Positions 1-12,535 of a DNA stretch of 64,000 nt are shown here, piece by piece. The notes below the pieces were generated by a model, which was not told the DNA's origin, searched no databases, and was given only the letters and a program-made list of their open reading frames with translations. Numbering within the stretch: the stretch's first letter is position 1; every line of letters starts with the position of its first letter. The position numbers and the translations under genes were made by a program. The stretch is from Octopus sinensis (taxonomy: Eukaryota): NCBI RefSeq assembly GCF_006345805.1, contig NC_043003.1, positions 107,508,001 through 107,572,000 of the forward strand. Direction: 5' to 3'.

Positions 1-466
1 AATAATTTAACATCATTTTTTATTCCATTTTAATGCATAATTTTTCGTGTGTCGATGGCGGCGGAGTTGGCGTCCACGCTCACACCTGCACCTGTGGGGA
101 AGGGAGTGTAAGGAAATCAACGTCGTAATGCGTTGTCAAGGAGACCAGCGTTCTTTTAGAACAACAACGACTTCATGGCTTGAAGACACCAAAACAGAAA
201 TGGCTAAGAAAGCGTCTACATGAGTCTACGATTTAAAAAAAAATTTACCATCGTTTTTTTTCCATTTTAATGCATTTTTTCTCTATTATATAAGGGAAGT
301 AACTCTCTAAAAATGTCTACGATGAGTCAACGATTTTTAAAAAATTTACCATCATATTTTTTCCATTTTTAATGCATTTTTTGCTATTTTTTGGCTATAA
401 CACTCTAAAAATGCTTACATAGTTATTTCCCTTACAAACCCGAGCAACGCCGGGCGATACTGCTAG
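1..466 (+). mobile_element. Non-autonomous Helitron-like element, family A (5' end outside window)
   Basis: Ends in hairpin CCCGAGCAACGCCGGG followed by CTAG|T at 463-466; near-identical to ~1957-2422. Confidence 0.7.
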
Positions 467-870
467 TCTTATTATAAAAGGCAGATTTTATCTGCCTCCC
501 TTTGGGAGTTATAGAAATCTACAATATAGGATTTCTTCAATTACAATTTACCTAGCATTTTTAAGAGTACAATGCATCGGGTCATGCCAGGTCCAGTTTT
601 TAAAATTTAAACTCCAATTAAGCAAAATTTACAGAAAACTCACATTCTGGTGTGTGTGTCAAATGCTTTTCTTAGTCTGGTTTACACCACACGCAAACGC
701 ACACACACAGTGGGCAACGAATAAGTGAAACTAGATGTAATATTTGTTTCTCTCTATCACGCTGATAGATACATGAGTAAAATGTATGGGAAGCTAACAC
801 ATAAGTGTGAGTGAAAATGTTCTTGGAAGAGAGTAAATAGCCAGAGATAGTGATTTGAGGAAGACTTTAC
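467..870 (+). mobile_element. Non-autonomous Helitron-like element, family B, 5' part
   Basis: Starts TC (TCTTATTATAAAAGGCAG) immediately after the CTAG of family A; matches 2458-2760. End approximate. Confidence 0.55.
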
Positions 871-909
871 ATTAAATAACCGTAGTGGCTTGTGTTAGTA
901 ATAAAGTAA

Positions 910-1032
910 ACATACACTCATACATACATACATACATACATACATACAACACACACACACACATACACACACACACACACATACATACATACACACATAC
1001 ATACATACATACATACATATACATACATACAT

Positions 1033-1063
<31 letters not shown>

Positions 1064-1204
1064 TACACACACACACAGTATTGAAGCTTGAGAACAATCA
1101 GATACATTTGCAACACATCTGTTGAAAATATTATTGTTCACACACATACATATACATATATACATACAGACAGACAGACAGATAGACACACACACACACA
1201 CACA
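910..1204. repeat. (CATA)n/(CA)n compound microsatellite
   Basis: Directly visible; explains the CV/HT-repeat ORFs. Confidence 0.95.
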
Positions 1205-1329
1205 TGATCCAGCATGGCCACAACCTCAAGGCTGAAACATATAAAAGAATAACAGAATATAAATGTGTGCATGTGTGTGAGAGAGAGAGTGTGTGTGTAT
1301 ATGTATGTATGTATGTATGTATATATATA

Positions 1330-1765
1330 TAATAATGCGGTTTTTTCAACAGCTTGAACTAAAAGTCAGAGGGGAATGGGATAAACTACTTATATTAACT
1401 TGCTATAAAAGCAGGTAGTAATTTTATCTTGTCCTTATTCATAGTGCAAGTTTTGAAGAGTGCATTTCGATTTTAACAGCTATTTTTTTCAAAGCTATAT
1501 TGGAACAGCCTAGAAGACGAGCCTCATCCTTAAAGATCTGTAGAACTCGACAAGGACATCCTGAAAACCCTGGTGGAACAAAATCTCATCGTAACTGTTG
1601 AGGAACTAGCAGAGAAGCTTGGATTTGGTCATTCAACCATTCATTGAGACCTGTGTGCTATCGGAAAAGTCAGCAAATTGGGTCAATGGGTTCCTCACGA
1701 ACTTTCCGAGTCTAATTGCATGCAGAGAGTGAATGTATGCTTTTCTTTGCTGTCACATCTCACCA
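1330..1765 (+). mobile_element. Decayed mariner transposon fragment
   Basis: 1588-1740 translates VTVEELAEKLGFGHSTIH*DLCAIGKVSKLGQWVPHELSE: HTH plus the mariner WVPHEL motif, with an in-frame stop. Boundaries approximate. Confidence 0.85.
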
Positions 1766-1782
1766 CTACTGCGCTATGTATA

Positions 1783-2422
1783 TCTATATATATAAAACTG
1801 TAGTTGTGTGAGTGTCTGACCCCTTCGATTTAGATTCCTAACTACTACCACATTATGCGGTGCAGTTTAACCAAATTCGGGTAGCTTATAGTCGTGATTC
1901 ATATCGAGCCCGTCTGAGTATTAGCGCGCGTCTACGATGAGTCTACGATTTTAAAAATAATTTAACATCATTTTTTATTCCATTTTAATGCATAATTTTT
2001 CGTGTGTCGATGGCGGCGGAGTTGGCGTCCACGCTCACACCTGCACCTGTGGGGAAGGGAGTGTAAGGAAATCAACGTCGTAATGCGTTGTCAAGGAGAC
2101 CAGCGTTATTTTAGAACAACGACTTCATGGCTTGAAGACACCAAAACAGAAATGGCTAAGAAAGCGTCTACATGAGTCTACTACGATTTAAAAAAAATTT
2201 ACCATCGTTTTTTTTTCCATTTTAATGCATTTTTTCGCTATTATATAAGGGAAGTAACTCTCTAAAAATGTCTACGATGAGTCAACGATTTTAAAAAAAA
2301 TTTACCATCATATTTTTTCCATTTTTAATGCATTTTTTGCTATTTTTTGGCTATAACACTCTAAAAATGCTTACATAGTTATTTCCCTTACAAACCCGAG
2401 CAACGCCGGGCGGTACTGCTAG
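1783..2422 (+). mobile_element. Non-autonomous Helitron-like element, family A (full copy)
   Basis: 5' TC start, 3' hairpin CCCGAGCAACGCCGGG + CTAG|T, no TSD. Confidence 0.7.
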
Positions 2423-2457
2423 TATATATATATATGTATGTATATATATCTCTTATC

Positions 2458-3894
2458 TCTTATTATAAAAGGCAGATTTTATCTGCCTCCCTTTGGGAGT
2501 TATAGAAATCTACAATATAGGATTTCTTCAATTACAATTTACCTAGCATTTTTAAGAGTAGAATGCATCGGGTCATGCCAGGTCCAGTTTTTAAAGTTTA
2601 AACTCCAATTAAGCAAAATTTACAGAAAACTCACATTCTGGTGTGTGTGTCAAATGCTTTTCTTAATATGGTTTACACCACATGCACACGCACACACACA
2701 GTGTGCAACGAATAAAATGAAAGTAAATAGCGACAGAGTGATTTGAGGAAGACTAAACTGAAAGTATTGAAACCACTACTCAAAAAATAAAAAAACACAG
2801 CAAACAGAAACAAATAAATACATAACGATTTACTCCTCACACAATTTTTTCAATTAGAGTGTACCCATGATTTTTCAGAGTACATCAGTGGGTGATGCCA
2901 TAAAAAATTTCTTTCAATTTTACCACCAATTAAGACAAAATTCGAGAAAACTCAGTATTTTAACATTTCACTCCGAAAGCATTGATGTACATGTGTGCGT
3001 GCGTGAGTGTGTGTGTGTGTGTGTTTGATGGGTTGTGCGACACAGAAAGTGTGGTGTGTAAGTGAAGTGCTTTTGCTAGTGTGTGTAAAGAGACAGACAG
3101 AGTGAAAGACAGAAATAAGCGCGCGTAATTGAAAGTTTTCACTATGATATCATCACGTGCGAAAAAATTCGAAGGGTTTTGAACAATTGAGATACAGATG
3201 TCACGCCTGTATTGAAACCATTGCTAAGCTGCCGTAATTGCTTAATTAAGACTTTGTTTAAATTGTTTAATGTGACGAGGTTGAAAAAAAATACCCCAGA
3301 AAAAAAAATGTACTGCTGGTATTTATATAATTCACTACTATTTTGCTACAATGTCATGAAAAAGAAAAAATTTAGGTATGTAAATCGAATTCGCCACCCC
3401 CTTTTCCCCGTTCGCGTTTGTGTAAAAAAAATTATTATTTAAGTTTTAAAAATTATTTACTTTGTTCAAAAAATATTAATATTAATTAATTTTCAAGAAT
3501 TATTAATTTTATTCTGTAAAATAGTAATTAATTCATTTATCTGTAATCCGCGAGGTTGTTACTCAGGCACCTAGAATGGTAACCTTCAACTAACACTATC
3601 TCCTCCGAGACCCTGCGGCGCAAGTTGACCAAAATTGAGAGTATGGTAGAAGAAGGGTTGCTCTTCCTTCCGTAGAACATAAAATTCAAATCGGACCATG
3701 TTAACACCAAAAATTATTTACATCAAAAAGATGCTTTTTTCTATGAAAATCCCTATTTTTTACGATTTTTTCACTGCTGTGTCGCCACTTTTCGGTGTAT
3801 TTCGACCAGAAAAATGTTCACAAAATTTTTACTTTTCAAAATTACAATTCCAGCGGGTCGAAACAAACCCGAGCAACGCCGGCGATACTGCTAG
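2458..3894 (+). mobile_element. Non-autonomous Helitron-like element, family B
   Basis: 5' TC start shared with 467; 3' CCCGAGCAACGCCGG hairpin + CTAG|T at 3891-3894. Confidence 0.65.
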
Positions 3895-4141
3895 TATATA
3901 TATATTATATATATATATTATATATATATATATAGATATATATATATATATATAATAATAATATTAGGGAATGAATCCCAAATTACAGGGAAAAATCAGA
4001 TTTAGGGTTAAATCCAATTTTATAGTAAAATATTATATAATATAATTCGAGACAAAACCACTATTTATATTTATATTAAAATTTTATGTTTTGATTAAGT
4101 CTTTCCTTGTTTGGTTTTAAAATAGTGGTTTTGTCTCGAAT

Positions 4142-4242
<101 letters not shown>

Positions 4243-4339
4243 ATTATATAATATATATGTATTATATATATATGTATGTATATTATATATATATGTATAT
4301 ATATATATATATCTATATATATATATATATGTATGTATA

Positions 4340-5241
4340 AAAATAAATATAAGAGAGTGGTCACTATATGGCTCACTCTAGACCAGTTAATCCAAAAGGT
4401 TTCAACCACAAAAATACATGTTTCCCATGAAAGTCAGTACGATTGTTAGCTCACACGGACAGGGCAAATAAAAAATAACAAAAATACAGATTATTTTGGG
4501 ACAATTGTTTCGCTATTAATGAATTAAATGTAATTTTACTTACAAAAAAATCCACTTGTAGCTCGTCAGCCAAAACTATCCGGATGAAATCCACTCAATC
4601 ACACGCCAGATTTTACCATAACGATAAATACGCGTGTGGTTCAATTGATTACATCCGACGTTATAATTCAAATGCCCCAACTAACAGCGCGCCAAACTTT
4701 CACGGAAAACAAATACAGCATTTAGAAATAAATGCAGCATAATTATAATTAATTAATAAGGGTGAGAGGATTAGATACTAATTTAATAGTATATCTATTC
4801 AACACCAAGTGGCCTAGTGCTCCGAGAAACCTGGATTATTATAATATTTTATAATATATTACAATATTTTTACAAAATAAATATAAGAGAGTGGTCACTA
4901 TATGGCTCACTCTAGCACCAGTTAATCCAAAAGGTTCAACCACAAAAATACATGTTTCCCATGAAAGTCAGTACGATTGTTAGCTCACACGGACAGGGCA
5001 AATAAAAAATAACAAAAATACAGATTATTTTGGGACAATTATTTTGTTGAAACCTTTTGGATTAACTGGTGCTAGAGTGAGCCATATAGTGACCACTCTC
5101 TTATATTTATTTTGTAAAAATATTGTAATATATTATAAAATATTATAATAATCCAGGTTTCTCGGAGCACTAGGCCACTTGATGTTGAATAGATATACTA
5201 TTAAATTAGTATCTAATCCTCTCACCCTTATTAATTAATTA
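4340..5241 (-). mobile_element. Penelope-like element pseudo-LTR remnant (partial tandem + inverted segment)
   Basis: Direct repeat 4340-4506 / 4875-5040; 5046-5241 is the reverse complement of ~4746-4940; contains a hammerhead ribozyme; sits between (TA)n tracts. Confidence 0.7.
4494..4575 (-). ncRNA. Type I minimal hammerhead ribozyme
   Basis: Minus strand reads UUUUGG-CUGACGA-GCUA...UAGC-GAAA-CAAUUG-UC-CCAAAA. Full catalytic core, stem I UUUUGG/CCAAAA, stem II GCUA/UAGC, palindromic stem III, GUC cleavage triplet. Confidence 0.85.
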
Positions 5242-5326
5242 TGTATGTATATACATATATATATATGTATGTATATGTATGTATATATATATATATATAT
5301 ATGTAGTATATATATATATATATATG

Positions 5327-5368
<42 letters not shown>

Positions 5369-5379
5369 GTATGTATATG

Positions 5380-5416
<37 letters not shown>

Positions 5417-5417
5417 G

Positions 5418-5464
<47 letters not shown>

Positions 5465-5554
5465 GTATGTTATATATAATATATGTATGTATATGTATAT
5501 ATATATGTGTGTGTGTATATATGTGCATGTGTGTATATATGTATGTGTGTATGT

Positions 5555-5630
<76 letters not shown>

Positions 5631-5642
5631 CGTGTGTGTGTG
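5242..5642. repeat. (TA)n/(TATG)n microsatellite
   Basis: Directly visible. Confidence 0.95.
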
Positions 5643-5879
5643 AGAATGAGAGAAGAAACAAAATATCCTTAAAATGATAAGCAATGGAAAGTTGATATCG
5701 ATTGATGGATTGATGGAGATATTTCGGTAACAGTTCATTACACGTGTGTAAGAATGTCTGAGCGAGAGAGGAGAGCATATTATAGCATTCCATGAAGGGT
5801 TTTGTTTGTTTATTTACACTAACCCCACCCCTTGTCTTGATCATTAATTAGACCCATTGATTGTCTTCCAACCTACAAC

Positions 5880-6060
5880 ACAACTCATTTGCATACGCGC
5901 AAGTCCTAGGATCGACTACTTACGACTAGCTAGCGCGGACACGCGACTGCGCGTGGGCGCGCATCGGGTTCAGTCTTCGCTAGTAGTATCAAATTTCTTT
6001 TCCATTTCTATAGTGAAAAGGGGCATAGTTTCGGTTGTAGGAAACATCGCCGTGAAAAGA
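5880..6060 (+). promoter_or_regulatory. CpG-rich putative promoter of the Merlin-derived gene
   Basis: Local cluster of CpG/CGCG in an otherwise CpG-poor context, octamer ATTTGCAT at 5887-5894, 230-400 bp upstream of the ATG at 6285. Confidence 0.45.
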
Positions 6061-6284
6061 TACATTCTGTATTTATAGAAAGGAAACTTGTAATAGTTAT
6101 TTTCAACAACAAAAAATGTAAAAAAAAAAAAGAAGAAATGGATTTCGATTCAAAGAAGTAAAGAAAAGAAATATTTCCTTCTAAACAGAAAACAATTTAT
6201 ACGAAAGTAACACTTTTTAAAGTATTAGTTTCGTATAAAGCCTTTGTTTTTGTTTTGATTTTCTTTTTGTTAATTCCTCACATA

Positions 6285-6981
6285 ATGTCACGCCGAAGAC
6301 AACCAAGCCCCAAAATAATAAGCTCAGACATTATTGATGACGAAAAAATTAAGCAAGAGACATGGACATTTTGTGATCTCTTTCAACAAACTTCTACGAA
6401 TGAAAAAGCAATTACATGGCTGGCGAAATATGAACTTATAAGCAATTCTGTTGTGTGTCCCACTTGCGGGAACCCGTGTACAGTCAACGGTTACCAGAAG
6501 GGTATAGATGGAAAACGATGGAGATGCCCAAAGCATAACTACTGTAGATCAATCCGCAAAGGATCCTTTTTCGAGAATAGCCGCCTGTCGCTGACAACAT
6601 TCATATGGCTTATGTATATGTGGTCAAGGGAATATTTCCATTCTGAGATTGCCCATGAGAGTACCGTAAGTAAGAAATCAACAATTGACCTGTTTTGTCT
6701 CATCCGAGAACTACTAGAACGGTTCCTGGAAGACCACCCGACTGAATTAGGTGCCTACCCACCCGAGATTGGCGGGTTCGATTTACAGTCAGGTGAACCA
6801 AAAGTTGTTGAGATAGATGTGACCACACATTTCAAACCTACACCCAATGAAAAGAAGCATATGAAAAGATTCTGTGTTTTTGGTGGAATCGAACGTGGAA
6901 CTGACAAATGTTTTCTGGTGCCTATTGAGCATCAAAATAAAGACGCTTTCGAAGCTGCAATTATCCGATGGATTTTACCAG
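6285..6981 (+). CDS. Merlin/IS1595-family (ISXO2-like) transposase-derived gene, coding exon 1 (aa 1-232)
   Basis: MSRRRQ...; Zn-ribbon CPTC...WRCPKH, SIRKGSFFENS, IGG...VVEID, VFGGIERGTDKCFLVP, IIRWILPG, all typical Merlin motifs. Ends at CCA G|GTATGG splice donor (phase 1). Confidence 0.9.
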
Positions 6982-8244
6982 GTATGGATAAATATAATCT
7001 GTGGTTTTCTTTTATCTTTGCTATCTTCCAACAGACGCTTACCAGACTCCTTCAAAATATTTGTGAAATCCCTTTTTTATTTATTAGCTAAGACAGAATA
7101 GTGTTTCAAACAATAAAATTTATTTACTTCGCTATGTTGTTGGACAGATTCAAAACGCAAAACGCACAGTAGAAATAACAATTTTATTAAACATGACGAT
7201 TTGTTCACACGCTTTTCCATCCTCACAGCCCCGCCCTCCAGGGGACTTGAGACAACCTGTTTTCTCGCGGGTTTATTTATTTACTCCATTTTGGCTTTTA
7301 ATGACATTTCTTAATATGACATTCTTAATATGCCTCTCGCTCTCAGAAATTACTGATAGAGTTGCGACTGAATTTTTCGTTTATTACCAAATTTAAAATT
7401 ATATTTACTGTAGTCGAAACAATAATAAGCACTTGTGGAGGATCTTTCCACCAGCGACATGTTAGCTAATAAAGAAATATACACTTAGCTTCGGTTGACA
7501 GCAGCTACATAACACGAGAAATTAACCGGACTTTTCAACTTGAAGTGTCAGTTTTTTTTTCTTATATTTTACTCGTTTCATTCATTGGACTGCGGCTGTG
7601 CTGGGGTACTTCTTTGAAGAGTTTAGTCGAACAAATCGACCCAGTACATCGTTTTTTTTTATAATCTAGTACTGATTCTATAGGTCTCTTTTCGACGACC
7701 AGTCTAGTTACGGGGACATAAATAAACCAACACAGTTGTCAAGCGGCTTTGTGGGAAAACAAACACATATATGACTGGTTTACATACAGTTTTAGTCCAC
7801 CAGATTCACTCACAGGGCGGTGGTCTATCCAAGGCTATAGTTGAAAAGGCTTGTCCAAAGTGCTGTGCAGTGATACTGAGCTCGAAACCATGTGATTGCA
7901 ATGAGAGTTTCTTAGCCACACAGCCATGCCTGCACTTATGTCTTGTGAAGAATCCAAAATAGCAAAATTGCATTTCAAAGAAATTGAAGAAATTAAGCAT
8001 CTAACAATAGTTACTATTTAGAAATTTTTTACTCGTTTCTTTCATTAGACTGTAGTCATGCTAGGACACTGCCCTGAAGAATTTTTAGTGAATGAATCGA
8101 CTCCAGTACTTTTTTTTTAAAGCCTGATACTTATTCTATCGATATCTTTTGTCGAACCGCTAAGTTACAGGAACATAAACACATCAACACCGGTTATAAA
8201 ACGGTGGCGGGACACACACTCACACACACACACACACACATATA

Positions 8245-9030
8245 CAGGGTGTGACGTGTAAATTGTCGCCATTTTATATTTTTAATTTTGGGCATTGTTT
8301 TTGGTTTTGTCGACTACACAGTAGGGGCACCGTCCGTGAGAAAAACACCATGACTCAATTCACTTTGCTAGAAACTTGGAAATGACACGCTGTGCTGTTT
8401 GGAATTTGTGCCAGAAGCTCCAATATGAACATTTCAGAGTGTTTAGGTGTCATTCTGAGGACATGTACCAAGAGTGATAAAAATCAAACGTCCAGTCAAC
8501 ATCATGTTGTTTGGAGTGATCACTAGTGGTGGTGACGTTATGTCTCCATCTTCCCACACAACCTCAGATTCAACATAGGGGACTACATCAAGTGCCTGGA
8601 GGAGGTAGTGCTGCCCTGGATCAAGAGGCTGGTTGCTGGAATACCCTATGTCTGGCAACAGGACTCTGAACCATGCCACACAAGCAGGAGAATCCAGTTA
8701 TGGCTGTCAGACAATTTCTGCAACCACATCACCCCTAACATCTGGCCACCTAACTCTCCAGACTGCACCTGATTATTATGTGTGGGGAGCAGTTTAGTGA
8801 GAGATCAACAAGGCAGCATTCACCAACTTAAACAAGGAGACTGTCCAGAAGAGTTGCTGGAGATTCTGAAGTTGTCTGGAGGTCGTGATTGATGCCAATG
8901 GCAATTTTATTGAATAAATCTACTCTTTAGTATTTCAAGATATTTTTATGTAATTTTAGTAAACGAATGAAATGTCAGTGTTATTTTCATTTTTGCGTTA
9001 TTTAGGTGACAATCTATTCACAGCACCCTG
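8245..9030 (+). mobile_element. Internally deleted Tc1/mariner element (maT/DD37D-like)
   Basis: TA|CAGGGTG...CACCCTG|TA termini; decayed YVWQQDSEPCHTS and IWPPNSPDC..DYYVWG motifs; same family as 57290-58105. Confidence 0.8.
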
Positions 9031-9036
9031 TATATA

Positions 9037-10668
9037 CAGTTGTGGCCAAAATGTTCAGAACGGCATTGTTTTCATCAGAAAAGTAGGTATAAGTTTTTAT
9101 CAAAGTTGTTTTATATTCTATAATTTTCACAGACAATAAATACGATATTATTTGTTATTGTCTGAGATGATTTTGGTGTAATTAGATAGGATAATACAAA
9201 ACTTATGGATGATTTAGTGATTTACTGCAAAACCCATGGCGGCCAAAATGATCAGAACGGTTGAAAATATAACAAAATAATCAAAAGGACTGAGAATACT
9301 GGAATTATTTAATATTTAGTGTGAAGCCCTTTAGCTTCAATCACACTTTAACATCTTCGACTGCATGAAGAAATTAAATTTTCGATTTCTTGCTGGGTGA
9401 TCTTATTCCACTCTTCCTGAAGGGCATTCCATAATTCCTCGGTTGTTTTAGGATTTCTGGCTTTCGAACGTTCTCCTAGAATATTCCACACATTTTCAAT
9501 AGGATTGAGATCTGGGCTTTGAGCAGGCCAATCCATAACAATAACCTTTTCAGCCTTGAGGAAGTTCATGATCACCTTAGCCATGTGACATGGGGCATTG
9601 TCCTGCATGAATATGGGTGGTCGTTTAGTTGAATTTCTCAGCACAGGCAAGGCATGATCTTTTACAAGTTGTTTATAAACTCCTGCATTTACCATTCCAT
9701 GTAATTGCACCAAAGGGCCCCACACCATCTCCAGATATCATCCCCCAAACCATGACACTTCCTTCACCGAATTTAACACTAGTCTTAAGGCATTTAGGCG
9801 ACAATTTTTCACCTACTTTTCGACGAACGTACCTTTTCCCATCTGAGCCAAATAACATAAACTTAGATTCATCACTGAAATGCACCGTTTGCCATTTTTC
9901 TTGAGACCACAACACATGTTCGGTTGCAAAGTTAAGATGACACTTTTTATTCTTGGACCTGATCAGTGGCTTTACTTGCAGGTGCTCTTGCTTGTAGGCC
10001 ATGTTCAACTAAACGACGACACACAGTTTTTCGAGATAAAGTTTTCTTCAGTACAATGCTCATTTCCTGAGAAACAGCAGCAGCAGTTTTAAATCTGTCC
10101 TTTTTAACCAATTTTACCATAGCACGATCTTCTCTCTTGGTTGTTTTCTTGGCCTACCTGTAGACCTTCTTGCTTCACACGAACTACAATCATCGTAGAC
10201 CTTAAGAATACCGTGAACAACACTTTTTGACTTGTTAACAATCGTTGCAATAGACCCAATACTTAAATTATCCTTCTTTCGAAGCTTAATAATCTGCTGA
10301 CGAATTGGTAACGGAGTAAGTGGCATTATATTAACAAAGTACACTGCAGATATTCTTACTAATATTTAGTAAACGAACCGTCACGTAAACAAATTCAAAA
10401 CATTAGAGTTCGCCGGTTAAATATACTAAAACACGGAGTAAAAGCAACCGTTCTGATCATTTTGGCCGCCATGGGTTTTGCAGTAAATCACTACATCATC
10501 CATAGCTTTTGTATTGTCCTCTCAAATTACACCAAAATCTCAGACAATAACAAATAATATCGCATTTATTGTCTATGAAAATTATAGAATATAAAACAAC
10601 TTTGATAAAAACTTATACCTACTTTTCTGACGAAAACAATGCCGTTCTGAACATTTTGGCCGCAACTG
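9037..10668 (-). mobile_element. Tc1 transposon (DD34E, IR/DR type), frameshifted transposase
   Basis: TA TSD, ~225-bp TIRs starting CAGTTG with an internal direct repeat GGCCAAAATG(T/A)TCAGAACGG. ORF fragments 10114-10344, 9673-10008, 9348-9728 carry FSDESKF, QDNAPCH and SPDLNPIE (34 residues between D and E). Confidence 0.95.
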
Positions 10669-11125
10669 TATATATGTGTATATATATATATATATCAGTG
10701 GCGACTCTGGCACTCGCCAAGACTGACTTCAAGTATGTAATTACAGCCAATAACTCAGGTTCCTTTTATTGAGCCTGGTTGCATTTCATTTATTTTCATT
10801 CGGTGTCTGGTGGTCATCTTAGAGGTGCCCTGTGTCAAAAGATATACATAGCAGACATTCTGTTGACATTGTTCATACGCTCCTGACTTGGGCTCAGATG
10901 TTAAAGCCTGAGTTGTTATCTATAATCGTAAAAATTAAAAGTAATTCAAATTCAATGTTTTCAACTACATTTCTGTCTTATTGTTAAATTATCAGTGCAC
11001 ATAGAAGTATGCGGTGTGCATTATGTCTCTTACCTTCTTTTATACAGGTGTCTTATGTGAAATCTGTGATGAGCCCAAGTGACACTAATGACCTGGCATT
11101 GCCTCAGATACATATATATATATAT

Positions 11126-12535
11126 CATCATCATCATCATCATCATTTAGCGTCCGTTTTCCATGCTAGCATGGGTTGGACGGTTCAACTGGGGTCTGGG
11201 GAGCCCGAAGGCTGCACCAGGCCAGTCAGATCTGGCAGTGTTTCTACAGCTGGATGCCCTTCCTAACGCCAACCACTCCGAGAGTGTAGTGGGTGATTTT
11301 ATGTGCCACCGACACAGGTGCCAGACGAGGCTGGCGAACGGCCACGCTCGGATGGTGTTTTTATGTGCCACCGACACAGGTGCCAGACGAGGCTGGCAGA
11401 CGGCCACGCTCGGATGGTGTTTTTATGTGCCACCGACACAGGTGCCAGATGAGGCTGGCGGACGGCCACGATCGGATGGTGTTTGTTACGTCCCAAAGCA
11501 CGGAGGCCAGTCTATGCGGTACTGGCTACGGCCACGTTCGGATGATTTTCTTGTGTGCCACCGGCACTGGTACCAGAAAGATACAAATTCCATTGATGTT
11601 CATCTATTTTGATTTGTTTTGATTTGATTTTCACTTGCCTCAACAGGTCTTCACAAGTGTCACAAGAAGGAAGGTATGCACAGGTGGACTGACTACGTCC
11701 CAGGTAGGGGCCACGGGTTATGGCCTGACTAGTCTTGCCGGGTCTTCGGTTGGTGTTTTTATGTGCCACCGACACAGGTGCCAGATGAGGCTGGCGAACG
11801 GCCACGATCGGATGGGTTTGTTATGTGCCCACGTCACAGAGGCCAGTCGATGCGGTACTGGCTACGGCCACGTTCGGATGGTTTTCTTGTGTGCCAACGG
11901 TACTGGTACCACAAAGATACAAATTCCATTGATGTTCATCTATTTTGATTTGGTTTGATTTGATTTGATTTGATTTTCACTTGCCTCAACAGGTCTACAC
12001 AAGTGTCACACACTTGCCTCAACAGGTCTTCACAAGTGTCATAAGTAGGTGTCACACACTTGCCTCAACAGGTCTTCACAAGTGTCATAAGTAGGTGTCA
12101 CACACTTGCCTCAACAGGTCTTCACAAGTGTCATAAGTAGGAAGGTATGCATAGGTGGACTGACTACGTCGCCGGGTCTTCGGATGGTGTTTTTATGTGC
12201 CACCGACACAGGTGCTAGATGAGGCTGGCGAACGGCCACGATCAGATGGTGTTTGTTGTGCCCACAGCACGGAGGCCAGTCGATGCGGTACTGGCTACGG
12301 CCACGTTCGGATGGTTTTCTTGTGTGCCACCGGTACTGGAACCACAAAGATACAAATTCCATTGATGTTCATCTATTTTGATTTGGATTGATTTGATTTT
12401 CACTTGCCTCAACAGGTCTTCACAAGTGTCACACACTTGCCTCAACAGGTCTCCACAAGTGTCACACACTGCCTCAACAGGTTCACAAGTGGTCAACACT
12501 CCACTGCACTCTGCCTCTCACAACAGGTCTTCACA
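11126..12535 (-). mobile_element. RTE-LINE 3' end with internally tandem-amplified modules
   Basis: Begins with (CAT)n tail; reverse complement matches the 3' UTR following the RTE ORF at 48385-48910; ~61-bp, ~42-bp and ~350-420-bp units repeated. Confidence 0.75.

Noticed and set aside
6982-7091. Read-through C-terminus of the 278-aa ORF (MDKYNLWFSFIFAIF...)
   Set aside because: Homology to Merlin and to the paralog stops exactly at the GT donor; this tail is intron sequence.
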